From: Azolla caroliniana
Lineage: Eukaryota; Plantae; Polypodiophyta
Assembly (NCBI GenBank): GCA_043228905.1
Contig: JBHGNT010000013.1
Span: forward strand, 17,050,001-17,114,000
DNA length: 64,000 nucleotides
Reading direction: 5' to 3'
Part shown: in pieces, positions 1 to 12,147 of the stretch
Layout of the letters: the number at the start of each line of letters is the position of its first letter
Numbering within the stretch: the stretch's first letter is position 1
The notes under the pieces: generated by a model
Seen by the model: only the letters and a program-made list of their open reading frames with translations
Told to the model about the DNA's origin: nothing
The model's database searches: none
Made by a program: the position numbers and the translations under genes

Positions 1-616
1 CCTAATACTTGCATGCCTACCCATACACACCTATAGAGTGACCTATCAAACTAAGTGTGCCATGGCAGGAGACGGAGCGATGGCAAATAAGTGAGAGAAA
101 CACATTAGCACAAACCCAAGGATATATACGAAGGTAAGTAGAGGCGCAAACACATTGTATTGGTCGCATCCATGTCCGAGCATGACAACATGTGTGTGCA
201 AGCTCACCAAGGGTTCCATCCAAACCATTGTCAACAACGTCTGTAGTCTTTGGAAGTGCTTATAATATTGTGTGTGTGGTCCTTCATTTACACAACCCAC
301 AAAAAATTACTAGAAAGTGAAAGAAAGAGAAGAAACGTTTGGAGAGAGGGGGGGGGAGGATTGGAACAAATGGAGGTGACACTGAAGTTTTCTTGTTGTA
401 TGCACGAAATGAGGTCGGTCATTCGGCACGACACAGAATTTGTTTCGTATCGCTTTTCTTTTTTCTTTTTTCTTTTTTTTTTTTGCAACTGCCCACAAAA
501 ACCTAGACCCCAAAGTTGGGCCACTTCCCTTCCTCACTCGCCTCGCTCCAACCAGGGAAGGCATGCATAAAGGCGAGGGGGGGTGAGAGATGGGGGAAAC
601 AGAAAGAGTATGAGTG

Positions 617-644
617 TATGTATGTATGTATGTATGTATGTATG
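617..644. repeat. (TATG)n microsatellite
   Basis: About 7 perfect TATG units. Confidence 0.9.
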
Positions 645-1017
645 TGTGAGCAGGAGGAGGAGGCAGGCCGAGGCAGAGGAATTGTCGTCGGATAAGGTAA
701 AAGGGAGAGATGTTTGTTTACTAAGCGCTAGTTTTGTTGGTGTTAGTGTCTGGTGTCTGGTATGGTGTGGTGTGGTCCCAAGAGAGGGGGGGGGGGTGCT
801 TTATGCTTCATTCATTCATTCATTCTATGGAGGAGGAGATCCCATCCTCCTGGGTTCAAAACCTGAGAAGAACATGAAGAGAATGACTTAAGTATTTTGT
901 GTATGCTTTTTCTTGTTTGTGTTTTGTGTTTGTATGTGGAATCATCACAGATCAAAACAGAACAGAAAAAGAGACATGAGACATGTTTAAAGGAAGGGCA
1001 GAGAAACAGAGAAACAG

Positions 1018-1021
<4 letters not shown>

Positions 1022-1058
<37 letters not shown>

Positions 1059-1134
1059 TTGGGTGCTTTGCTTTGCTTGCTTTGGTGTACATACAAGGAT
1101 TGTGACACAGTATATAAAACAAAATACCACCAGA

Positions 1135-1166
<32 letters not shown>

Positions 1167-1182
1167 CAGCAGCAGCAGCAAC
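1022..1182. repeat. Two (GA)n tracts plus a short (CAG)n, upstream of or within the 5' leader of the receptor kinase
   Basis: GA runs at ~1022-1051 and ~1138-1166, then CAGCAGCAGCAGCAA. Confidence 0.9.
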
Positions 1183-1450
1183 AGTAATAAACAAAAAGGA
1201 CAACAACAATTCGCAAATATGAGTGTGGAGGAAAGAGAAAGGAAGAGAAAGAGAGGGGGAGAGGAAAGGAGAAGCAATGGATTTTGATGCCTGTATACAG
1301 AAGGAAAGGCAGCTTTATTTTCCTTTTCTCTCTTTCTCTTTGTTTGTATTCCAGGCACGACGCACCCATTGGAGCTGCAGCAGAGCTGAAAGAATAATAA
1401 TAGTAATAGTAAATACTACTACCCGATGAGAAATCACAAATGAATGACCT

Positions 1451-2345
1451 GTGAGTGCGCTATCTTTTTCTCTTCCTTCACTTTTTTCTTTTTTCTTTTT
1501 TTGCTTCCTCCTCCTCCTCCTCCTTCTTTCCTTCATTTTTTTACTCCTCCCCTACCCTCCATTTTTGATGGGTTCTTGTTTTCCTTTTCTTTATTTTTTT
1601 CTTTCATGGAATTTTGTCTTTAGTTTTTTTCCGCTCCCTGAGGTTTGTTTTCTTTATTTTGGCTGGGTTTTTGTGCGAAATCATTTTTACTTTTTTGGGG
1701 ATTTTTTTTTTTTTTTTTTTTTTTTGTGGGGCATTCATTTTGCTTTCTCTTCTTGTTGGGTGTGGTTTTGATTTCGATTTCTTTTATTTTTTTATTTTTT
1801 AAATTTAAATTATCTAAATTGTTTTTTGGGGTGGGTTCTTACTTACCCTTTGGCACCAGATTTACCTGGTTTGCTTCTTGTTGTCTTTTGATTCCAGTCT
1901 CATCTAATTTTTGGTGAAGAACTTCTTTTGGTTTAATCCTCTAATAAGTTTTTTAACTTTCTGCACGAATCTTCTCTGCCCTCTCTCATTCAAGGGAAAT
2001 CTAATCTAGTAACTAGAGCTTGGCTAATGATCATTCTGTCTGTTCTATCCAGTAAATATCTCAATCTCATAACCATTAATTTTTAGTTCAATTGTCGGTT
2101 TCTTTACATTAGATCTCTGTAGCATAAACAGTTCGAAAAATCATTTTCTGTTTCTCTGATCAATTTGAATGGCGAGTTCGATTGGTGAGGTCAATCAGAG
2201 AGGTGGGGCTCTCATTGTTTATTTTTTCATAATTATTAATTCGATTGTTAACTTGGATTCTCAATGAATCTCCCTCTCATTGCTCCCATCCATCATCAAA
2301 TCTTCAATAATTGATGTGATTCTGAATAAATCTTCACTTTCATAG
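1451..2345 (+). other. Putative 5'-UTR intron of the receptor kinase gene
   Basis: Consensus donor CT|GTGAGT at 1451 followed by a very T-rich tract; candidate acceptor TCTTCACTTTCATAG ending at 2345. The acceptor is uncertain. Confidence 0.45.
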
Positions 2346-2448
2346 TTTTATCATCATCAAATTGAGTAAAAGCTTGATGGATCTTTTTTTATTCTGAATG
2401 ATTCTCCACCTCATTGATCAAATCATCAAAAATGGGTATTAGAAAGTG

Positions 2449-5400
2449 ATGATGAGCCCTATGATCTTTTTCAGCCGAGGTGATGTAGACGTGGGTGTTT
2501 ATTGCAGCTATGGTTATTATGGTTATGCCATTCCTGTTTTGTTACTGTTCTTCTGTATTATCACACAAACTATATATGGTGGCGGGGGTAGCAAGTGGCC
2601 AGGTCATCATGAGGTCTTTTCCAATGATGAGGGTTCATTAAGTGCAGCTCCATCATTCTTAAACTTTAGTGGCAGCAGCACCACCTGGAATGTGTCCACT
2701 GTGGAACAAACAATCCTGGTGAGTTGCGATGCCACAAGACAAAGCCCGCCTGGATTCATAACGACAGTGTTTCTTGCAAATGGAGCATTTGCCTTTGGTT
2801 GTAGCCTGGCACACGTGGAAGCAATCGGCACCGGCTCTGCCACTGGCAGCGCTACGGTGCTTTCCAACAATTATGTCAAGAAGAGGACTTATTTCTTGAG
2901 TGTGGCCATCTCAAGGGCGAACTTTCCAAATGTGCCTATCTGGGTTGCCAATCGTGACCGCCCAGTGAGTGACAATGCCACCCTGGCAGCCAATTCGGTC
3001 GGGGGGATCCTCCTCATCGATGCTGATGGCTCTGTGGCATGGGACTCCCACACTGCAAACATCTCAGGAATCCATCTTGCTCCCAATGGAAACCTCATCT
3101 TCCTTGATGCCCAGGGTTCGATGCTCTGGCAGAGCTTTGATGAGCCAATAGATGTGCTTGTTCCGGGACAATCCCTTAAGCCAAACCGGTCACTCGTGTC
3201 GGGTTTCTCTTCAGTTTCTCAGCCCGTCATTGTTGGAATGCGGCCTCCGACAGGAAATTTCACTGCTGACATGAAGCCTGGTGGCCTTGTTCTATATGAA
3301 CACTCAGGCTCCACACAACCACTTCCTTACTATGCCATCAAGTATCCTTTTGTTCCATCCACACTTGAAGACACCCTATTTAGCCCCTGCAATCATAGCC
3401 AGTTGCTTCTCACCCAAACTAACCTTACCTTGATACAAGTCCAACAAGGCTCATATGATACTCCTTTGCCACCCTACTGTGGTACTCCAATATTGATTAG
3501 TTCTAATGGAGCTGATGGTAATAACACTTCATCTACCTCCACTGTCAATGATAATCCATTTGTCAGTTCTAGTTCTTTGCCAGATAGTGGCATTGCATTT
3601 GTTAGGCTAGATGCAGATGGAAATATCAGGGCATATCATCATGATTTCAAGGCCTCTTTTGATCTGTTCGAATCCACTAGCAAGAAAGGTTTGTGTGGAA
3701 TTCCAAATGCATGTGGACCTTATGGTATCTGCTTTCTCCAGACATCAGGAGAGTCTTTGACAAATGTGCCGGCAGCTGGAATTGCAGGATGCCAATGCCC
3801 TACAAGCAATCAGACTGATGGTACTGGTATGGCATCCATCTTCACAGAAGTGGAAGGCATTAAAGAATACTTGTTGACAACCACCACATGCACATTGAGG
3901 GAGGTAGTTAATATTCAAGCTAGCTACAATGTCTGCACCACCTCTCACAAATTCTTTGATGTGGAGGATGTTGATTACTTTGCCAATGATTACATCAATG
4001 CTTCGCTCATCTGTGATTCTTTTGACATTTGTAAAGCGGCATGTGCAAGCAACTGCACGTGCCGTGCAGCTTTCTATAGGGCAGTGTCACGCCAGTGCTT
4101 TCTGCACGAAAATGTGTTATCGATGATTCATGTTCCAACATTTGGGGCCTATAGGGCGTCCATCAAATATTGGCAAGAGCTCAACAGTGAGGAGCAAAAA
4201 AAATCAGAAACCAGATTAATTGTTGGCATCAGCATATCATCAGTGGCATCAATTGCATTTCTAGTGATATGGCGCATGTATAAGGGACGCCAGCCAAAAT
4301 TGGTCATGGATGCAGCAGGTGACGCCGCAGATCAGGATATGCAGCTCTTGGCATCACTGCCTGGGCAGCCACGGAGGTTCAGCTTCAAAGAACTGAGAGC
4401 AGCAACATGCGAGTTTCGATGCAAACTCGGGGTCGGGGGTTTTGGATCTGTGTATAGAGGAATGCTACATGATGGATCTCTCGTAGCAGTAAAGCAGCTC
4501 GAATTTCATGCTGTCAACAAGACAACTCAGGCTGGGCTAAAGGAATTCCGAAACGAAGTGATTGCGCTGAGCAACATCAACCATCAGAACTTGGTGCACT
4601 TGAGGGGATTCTGTGCTGATGGGCCTCACCGGCTTCTGGTTTATGAATTCATGCTTAATGGCTCCCTTGACACCTGGTTGTTCCATTCATCCCAGCCTGC
4701 TGCTGCTGCCAATGGCAATAACAATCAACTGGAGAAAGTTTCACGTTGGGCTCACCAGAACGACAGAATACTTGATTCCACCAATATAGTTGTTCCCTCA
4801 TCCAACAGCTTCAAAGATCAGCACCAACTAGACTGGAAGACACGGCTATCGATCACCATCCACACAGCCCGTGGCCTCTTCTTTCTGCACGAGCAATGTC
4901 GGAATCCTATCGTGCATCTTGATGTAAAGCCTCAAAACATCCTGCTCGATGACAATTTCGTTGCTAAGCTCTCAGACTTTGGCTTATCCCGCCTAATAAA
5001 TGAAGACCAGAGCAGTGCTGTAACGAGGATGAGGGGTACTCCTGGTTACATGGCACCAGAATGCCTAATCTTGACAGATGCCACCGAAAAGAGTGACGTC
5101 TACAGCTTTGGCATGGTCTTGTTGGAGATTGTAAGTGGGCGAAAGAATGTAGATGTTTCCAGGTTGGTCCTCTACGGTGATGGCGAGGGATGGTATTTTC
5201 CTGCGATGGCTGCCAAAAAATTACAGGAAGGCTGTATCCATGATATTATCGACAAGAATCTACGACAAGGTCATGCTGACAATGTTGTTGATCAGCTCAT
5301 TCTGGAGCAAGCTAAGAGAGTCATGCAGATTGCCTTCTGGTGCATTCAAGATGAGCCAGCTCTAAGGCCAACTATGGGGAAGGTTTTACTGATGCTCGAA

Positions 5401-5706
5401 GGATACACACCTGTTCCGCCACCACCATTGTCAAATTTCAACTTCGGAATGCTTTTCCATCGCTCTATTAACATGCAACATCAACAACACCAACGAAAAG
5501 AAGCTGAGAATAACAATTCTGGCACTTGTGTAACTTCACCTTCCTCAGGATGCTCCTCCACTACTCAATGTACTGCTGACACTTCAAACAAATATCTTGA
5601 TTCTGCTTCCACAAACTTGCATTCTCCTTCTACTCATATGCTTAAAACCCCAGTCTCTGACAACCTGGCTCGAGGCGAATCAGAGTCTGGTGTTGTTTCA
5701 GACTAG
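2449..5706 (+). CDS. G-type lectin S-receptor-like Ser/Thr kinase (SD2-like, non-RD), single coding exon
   Basis: 1085-aa ORF from ATG 2449. It has a hydrophobic N-terminus, B-lectin motifs (WVANRDRPV, LWQSFDEP), an EGF-like motif (CGIPNACGPYGIC..CQCP), a PAN/apple motif (CKAACASNCTCRAAFY), a TM helix, and kinase motifs LGVGGFGSVY, VAVKQL, HLDVKPQNILL, DFG, RGTPGYMAPE and KSDVYSFG. Confidence 0.95.
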   Translation: MMSPMIFFSRGDVDVGVYCSYGYYGYAIPVLLLFFCIITQTIYGGGGSKWPGHHEVFSNDEGSLSAAPSFLNFSGSSTTWNVSTVEQTILVSCDATRQSPPGFITTVFLANGAFAFGCSLAHVEAIGTGSATGSATVLSNNYVKKRTYFLSVAISRANFPNVPIWVANRDRPVSDNATLAANSVGGILLIDADGSVAWDSHTANISGIHLAPNGNLIFLDAQGSMLWQSFDEPIDVLVPGQSLKPNRSLVSGFSSVSQPVIVGMRPPTGNFTADMKPGGLVLYEHSGSTQPLPYYAIKYPFVPSTLEDTLFSPCNHSQLLLTQTNLTLIQVQQGSYDTPLPPYCGTPILISSNGADGNNTSSTSTVNDNPFVSSSSLPDSGIAFVRLDADGNIRAYHHDFKASFDLFESTSKKGLCGIPNACGPYGICFLQTSGESLTNVPAAGIAGCQCPTSNQTDGTGMASIFTEVEGIKEYLLTTTTCTLREVVNIQASYNVCTTSHKFFDVEDVDYFANDYINASLICDSFDICKAACASNCTCRAAFYRAVSRQCFLHENVLSMIHVPTFGAYRASIKYWQELNSEEQKKSETRLIVGISISSVASIAFLVIWRMYKGRQPKLVMDAAGDAADQDMQLLASLPGQPRRFSFKELRAATCEFRCKLGVGGFGSVYRGMLHDGSLVAVKQLEFHAVNKTTQAGLKEFRNEVIALSNINHQNLVHLRGFCADGPHRLLVYEFMLNGSLDTWLFHSSQPAAAANGNNNQLEKVSRWAHQNDRILDSTNIVVPSSNSFKDQHQLDWKTRLSITIHTARGLFFLHEQCRNPIVHLDVKPQNILLDDNFVAKLSDFGLSRLINEDQSSAVTRMRGTPGYMAPECLILTDATEKSDVYSFGMVLLEIVSGRKNVDVSRLVLYGDGEGWYFPAMAAKKLQEGCIHDIIDKNLRQGHADNVVDQLILEQAKRVMQIAFWCIQDEPALRPTMGKVLLMLEGYTPVPPPPLSNFNFGMLFHRSINMQHQQHQRKEAENNNSGTCVTSPSSGCSSTTQCTADTSNKYLDSASTNLHSPSTHMLKTPVSDNLARGESESGVVSD

Positions 5707-6864
5707 AATGTTGTTGCTCCCATTGTTTTCTCATGGACGATTACCTCCCTATGATCAAAACCTCTCTTTACCAACAAGCATTCACTGGCATCTGCACTAA
5801 CAAGTACATAAATAAGGAGGAAAGAAAGAGCGAAAGTCACACACTCATTATTTGGTGCTTGAACCCAGATGCCAATTCTTGCTCTCTATGCCCCCTGATG
5901 TGGGTTAGAGAAGGGACTTGTTCATTAAATCCATTCCCATACATACATCCATCAGACATGAATTCTTTCAACCATGTGATGAACCATCTTTAATATGAAT
6001 CAGAAGTCAGTCATTTCAAAGGATGGCCTCTCTTAAGATTAGTTAGGATTGTCCAAATTGTTGTAATCTCAGACCTAAAAATTAGGAGGATTTCCCAATG
6101 CAGGAGGAGATAGGCACCCAACTGTTTTATTAACAGAAATTTTCATTCCCACAGTTTGCAAGTGACAAAACAGTTAACCAAATACAATGAATCTTTTAAC
6201 GAAACCCCTTAAAAGTGTTCAGCAGTGTCCGAAAGAATGCAAGAAAGAAATCTAAATATTACTGAAATCCAATTCAGAACCACATCCTGAAATACAATGA
6301 CATGCGGGCGTGGGTCTGCATTATCTCCATAGTAGTGGTACCATGGCATCAAAAACATTGCACCACTCCCATTAAAGCATTAGATGGTTGCACCATTGAC
6401 ATACACAAAGAACTTTAGATGATATCAATAGCATATCATGATTGCCTTCATAACAATGGGGTTCTCACTCACTAATGCATTGCCACAATTTGATTCCATC
6501 CTCTTTCTGTAATGCTCACAATTTGTTTTGTTTACATTATATTGATAAAACATCATGTCATGCGAACAAAACAACATTAGTTACTCTCATGGTTTCGAAA
6601 CATACTGCATTGTTCCCCATTTGGACTACTCATGTAGTGGAGGTCCACTTAAGACTTTATATGTCAATACTATAACAAGTTATTGAGAAAAGAGTACTTC
6701 TTTGGTGTTGTCATTGCATAATCATACATCTTATTTTGAGGTACAAGTTATATAGAAATACCTCATGTAATCTACTTAGTACTTAAAACTACACAACTTT
6801 TAATGTCATTATGATATTCTATTATCCTTGTTGAGCAAACCTCACAAGCACAAATCTAATGAAG

Positions 6865-6866
<2 letters not shown>

Positions 6867-6925
<59 letters not shown>
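6867..6925. repeat. Compound (CT)n(AT)n microsatellite
   Basis: Read directly from the sequence. Confidence 0.9.
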
Positions 6926-9900
6926 GATATGATATGTATAGTGTACTAGCTATAGAAACATAGCCAATAGTCCTCAAATAAATGGACAAATGCCACAATC
7001 TCACAATCTTTCTAACAAACAAAGAGTCAAGGTTTCGATGCATTGAACCTTTAGGCTAGTCTAGATGTATACATTTCAATAGATAAAGAGGCCATGCATA
7101 TAATTTTTCTATGTACCGTACATTAGTATGTGTTGTTGTGATTAGGTGAACCATGCTTTCAATGGTGTAGATTTATTTTGTAGAAATATGAGCACTATTA
7201 TCTCTTTCTCTCTTAGAGGAAGAATCAAAATAAAGGATTTCGTAGGAAATAATTTTTTGATGAGGGCATTTGTCTACTAATAACTTATCTTGGTCCCCCA
7301 TATTGGAAGATGATGGGACTTACTTTCAAGCAAGAAAGGGTAGAAACTATGATGGTCATTGTGTCAATAGCTTCTAGAAATGTCCTAGCCTAACCATCTA
7401 AATGGCAAATGTGTGTTGACCTAGTGTGAAAGAGAGGTCTCGAGGCTAGATGCCACTCATTCCTAGAGCCATCACCAGTTGTGAGACTCGTGTGAGATAC
7501 TTGTCACTTTTTTTTTGGTCTCGACTCACAACATAAGGTGTATATTCTAGTGTGGATAGAATTAAACGTAAGCTTCATAGTATATGGGAGTGAGCAATAT
7601 GCTCATCTTGTCGAGGAGAGTGTCACATAATGTCAGTTCTATATTGGTCCTTTAGAGCAAAGTGCAACTTTTGGTTGTGAGATAGAAATTGAAGAATATT
7701 TTGAGAATTTGAAAACTAAGAGGTAGTTGTGAACTTGGTGAGGCATTAGATTTATTTTGGTAAATTTCCATTCTAAAAAATTGATTCGATAGCCAAGTAG
7801 AGAAAAAAGGAAATACAACAATAAAACACATGAACCTACAAGTTGGGGTCACCGTTAGAGATGGAAGTGTCAACAAAGAACAAGTAATGATTCGTAGGAA
7901 ACTATAAAATTGAAATTGTTGGTATGAGTTTGGATAGAGCCATTATTTTGTAAATTTGTATTTGTGAAACACATAAGGTTGTATGAGCATCAATGTGAAA
8001 TTTGTTTTATGTTGTGACAAGCACTTTGATGGCCATAATAGAACTGTTTTGAAATGAACTACATCTCAAAAACTAATAAACCTCACTCTCGCCCAATTTA
8101 CTATAGAAAGTATGTACTTGTAACATGTGTGGTGAGAAATGCAACATTGTTTTTGCATTGAAATGGATTTCGGTGTAGTGTGGTGTATGTTTGCATTGTA
8201 AGTACATGGTTTCTTTTGAGACGCTCTTGTAGGGGATTGTATGATTGTCCACAAGCTAAAGTGCGCACTTTTGGCCTAATTTAATTCTTGAATATTGTTA
8301 TGCATTTGTTTATAAGATTTGTTCCTCACATGCACCATGGTTGCAATTGTAAAGCAACAACAACAATAGTGTGTGCATCCAATATCAGGCAAACTCAACC
8401 TTTTGTCGGAGTTTGAATCCATCAATATATTTTAGGTGTTGCACACTGTGTATTTTTCTCACAGAAAACTCATGACATCCACGAGTTTGGGAACATCGTG
8501 GGAAATCTATTAAAGTAATCAATCATCCAATTTGTATTTCTCTTGATTTTAGGGTTGAAACCCACTCTACATTCATTAGTGAGCGTAATATGATTAGCTT
8601 GTAGAAGGTACCCTCTATGCCTCTTTCCATATCCCATTATTGGTTCACACATTCTCCATCTTTCAGCCTCATGTTGATGAATTCAATTCCAACATTTTGC
8701 TTGATGGCCTACCAGAAAACCTAGTCTCGCGAAGCCCTTATAACCAAAATCACAAACTTGCAAGTTGGTGTCCTATCAAAATGATTACATAAACACTTTT
8801 ATATGTTACATCAAACAGACATTGCAAATGGGAAATTATATATGATAAACGGATGGGAACATGACCATGTCAAATAAGAGTTGTTGTAGTTTGATCAGAG
8901 AAAAACATCAAAACCCAATTACAAGATTTGAAATGTTGTGCTTCACGAATTTTCAATCTCCATTGCGGAAATAATTCAATTCAAGCATATTTAAATTTGT
9001 GGGTTTGTTGAGTTCATATAAGTGGGCTCGACTATTATTAGCTGCCCAACTGTAACAATAACTTTATATGTAATTGATCTATAATTGTTTTTTACTAGTC
9101 TTGTGATGAAAGCTTATGCTTGTGTCACATGGTGAATGGGAAACTCAACCTGCTATTAGAAACCGTCATAAAGAAAAATGGGTACATATTGATATTAGAA
9201 GATGCTTCACCATTTACGCACCTTTGTCTTATAGAAAGAATGAAAAGAAATAGATGTGAAACTACTTTGATGAAGACATGCGATAAGTTTAGCATGTGTC
9301 GACCTAGCACATCTACCCCTTGATCCACATGGCACGGAAACAACAATTGGGTAAACTAGTTTTCTATGTCTTTAAAATTGAGAGCATATCCCAAAAGGAT
9401 ATGTGACACGTTCTTGGTGTCTTTCACTCTCTCTTTCTGTCTAAATGTTCAATATTTATTGAACACTATCTCTTCTCTCCTCACCCCCCTCCCATTCCTT
9501 TTTTCAATAAAGACTACCATACTATGCACAAAAGATATAAATGCAAAAGATCACTTCCAACCATTAAAGATATTGCATATGTTGCAAATGTCACACCAAT
9601 AGATATATATATATATATATATATGTCAGATATTGTGTAGCACTAAATGACAATCATACATTTCTGCAAGTGAATAAATTTCAAGAGACTTCCAAATTGA
9701 GAATTATCATAATCTGAAGACACCACTCAAGCAATGGATGGACATAACAAAGGAACAATTTGTGTGTTTGCTGAATTGGTCCCCCTTGCCCCTTCTCTCT
9801 TGTTGTTGGTTTGGTGGTTTATATAATAACATCAAAGTCATGAAATTAAGAAAACCCCAAGTTTGTCCCTCACCATGGACTAGGCCCCGTTTCATCGATC

Positions 9901-10643
9901 ACAATCAGTCTGGAACAATTGGTCTCTCGTGGACATTAAGAAGATATCTATCTACCTCTCCCCTCTCACATACACATTTTGGCTATGCAATTGCATTACT
10001 AATAGGAAAAGAGTTGGCATGAAACACACACATATAATCGATGGGTATCCATTAATGATATGGATGATTATTGCCTACATTTTTTAATGGATAATAATAT
10101 GGATGATGGATGTAGCAAAGGAAAAGAGACCTTTCTAATCATGTTAGGTCTTGTATGAATTAGTTGTTATTTGATGGGTTTAACAATTTGAAAGTTTACC
10201 TTGATCTCACACACATCAATATGGAACAAGTTAAGCAATTTCGTATCTTAATTTATTTTCCACATTGTATATATATTGAAAGCTATATGTGTTGACGGGC
10301 TTGTCAAACTCGTGATAAATGTAGCTCATCATGCCCAAGCATCTTTTTGTTTTTTTAAAGGTAGATAAATCGAAGAATGCATACATGTAATGCACATGCA
10401 TCTTTTTGGTCTTTTAAAAAGGGTAGACCAAATAATCTAAGAATCATGCAAGTAGTAGTAATACGTTGGCCGTCGATGACGATGACACCATTTATGTATA
10501 TATTTAAACTAAAAGGGGCAAGTGTCTAAAACAATGTCTAGTCATTGAACAAATCCATTGAAATGTTCATTTTTTGATCCTATCTCATGTGCTAATGTGT
10601 GTCCACGTAAGCGCACTCGAACTTTACTTAGAACCCAGAGTTG

Positions 10644-10653
10644 TATATTTAAA
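10644..10653 (+). promoter_or_regulatory. Candidate TATA box of MGL (TATATTTAAA)
   Basis: About 90 bp upstream of ATG 10735. An ACGT-core element (CCACGTAA) lies at ~10603 and a second TATATTTAAA at ~10499. Confidence 0.4.
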
Positions 10654-10734
10654 GCGGAACTCTTACAACCCAAATCTCCATTCCAATATATCAAAACCCC
10701 AAACCAAAAGAACGTCCATACCCACCTAAACAAT

Positions 10735-12147
10735 ATGCATCGCCCAAGTGTAGACACCAAGTATAACAAGTCATATAAGAGGCTTTGTGTGGTGGATGAG
10801 GAAGGGGGCGAGGACGAAGACGTGGACGTGGCGGTGTCCAAGAATGGAGGGATGTCCGCGGCGGGGGCCAAAACCACGACGAAGCCGGTTTCAAATGTGC
10901 ATGACCCTGTCCATAGATTGGCCATGGCGCGGCACGAGTTCGGTGAGCACGGGGGTGTGAACATGTCGATCGAGGCATCGGCCACATTCACAGTGATGGA
11001 GCCTGAGACGCTCGGGAAGCTCTTCACGGGCGAGCTGGGGCCGGACATGGACTTTTACATATATAGCCGACACTTCAACCCAACGGTGCTCAATCTGGGC
11101 CGACAGATCGCGGCCATCGAAGGGACGGAGGCCGCGTATTGTACGTCGAGCGGCATGTCGGCCATCGCGTGCGTGTTGCTCCAGCTATGCGGCCACGGGG
11201 ACCACATCGTGGCATCGAACCGGCTCTACGGGGGAACCTATGCGCTCCTCGGACACTTCTTGCCGCGTGCATGCGGGATCACGACAACCTTCGTAGACAC
11301 GGACTGCGGCACCCCCGATGAGGTGGCGGAGAGGGTGAGGATGGCGATCGCCTCGGCCCCTACGAAGATCCTCTACCTTGAATCCGTGTCGAACCCGACA
11401 TTGTGTGTCGCGGACATCCCACGCCTCTCGGCTATTGCGCATGGTCACCCCGGTGGTCGTCATGTCACCGTCGTGGTCGACAACACTTTTGCACCCATGG
11501 TCTTGTCGCCCATCCGCCTCGGTGCCGATGTCGTGGTCCACAGCGTCACCAAGTACATGAGCGGGTGCGCCGACATACTCGCCGGGGCCGTGTGCGGCCC
11601 CGCTTCGCTCATTGATGACATGATGGGCCTTCAACAAGGCGCGCTCATGCTTCTCGGCCCCACGATGAACCCCAAAGTCGCATTCGAGCTGTCCGAGAGG
11701 CTCCCCCACCTCGCACTCCGCATGAAGGAGCACTGTCGCAGGGCGATGACTTATGCCACGAGGCTACGAGGCCTCGGATTGAATGTGATCTACCCCGGGC
11801 TCCATGACCACCCGCAACACGAGCTTTTAAAGAGTCTCGCGAACCCGGGGTATGGCTTTGGTGGCATTTTGGGCCTTGATTTGTGCACCAAGGAGAAAGC
11901 CAACAAGTTGATCCATTATCTGCAAAACAATGTCCAGTTCGGGTTTATAGCCGTAAGCCTGGGCTACTACGAGACACTTATGTCTTGTCCAGGTTCGAGC
12001 ACTAGTAGTGAGATGAATGAGGAAGAGCAAGAGAAATCTGGCATTTCCCCGGGTCTTATTCGAATGTCTATCGGATATTCAGGTACTCTAGAACAACGAT
12101 GGAACCAATTACTTGACGCCCTTATCACCCTCAAGCTTGTCCATTAG
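10735..12147 (+). CDS. MGL: Methionine gamma-lyase (PLP-dependent Cys/Met metabolism family), intronless
   Basis: Plant MGL signature stretches RHEFGEHGGVNMSIEASATFTVMEP, YSRHFNPTVLNL, VVVDNTFAPMVLSP, HSVTKY (PLP lysine), AVSLGYYETLMSC and GISPGLIRMSIGY. The first in-frame ATG is 10735; the ORF track starts at an upstream TTG. Confidence 0.95.
   Translation: MHRPSVDTKYNKSYKRLCVVDEEGGEDEDVDVAVSKNGGMSAAGAKTTTKPVSNVHDPVHRLAMARHEFGEHGGVNMSIEASATFTVMEPETLGKLFTGELGPDMDFYIYSRHFNPTVLNLGRQIAAIEGTEAAYCTSSGMSAIACVLLQLCGHGDHIVASNRLYGGTYALLGHFLPRACGITTTFVDTDCGTPDEVAERVRMAIASAPTKILYLESVSNPTLCVADIPRLSAIAHGHPGGRHVTVVVDNTFAPMVLSPIRLGADVVVHSVTKYMSGCADILAGAVCGPASLIDDMMGLQQGALMLLGPTMNPKVAFELSERLPHLALRMKEHCRRAMTYATRLRGLGLNVIYPGLHDHPQHELLKSLANPGYGFGGILGLDLCTKEKANKLIHYLQNNVQFGFIAVSLGYYETLMSCPGSSTSSEMNEEEQEKSGISPGLIRMSIGYSGTLEQRWNQLLDALITLKLVH

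Noticed and set aside
250-1917. Many 60-185 aa ORFs in the first 2 kb
   Set aside because: They are translations of microsatellites and T-rich tracts with no protein motifs.
7600-9400. Decayed coding-like sequence, possibly an old DNA transposon
   Set aside because: No TIR, TSD or recognisable domain by eye; it needs tBLASTn or HMM searches.
10558-10734. 59-aa N-terminal extension of MGL from TTG 10558
   Set aside because: Non-ATG start that spans the likely TATA box and has no MGL similarity.
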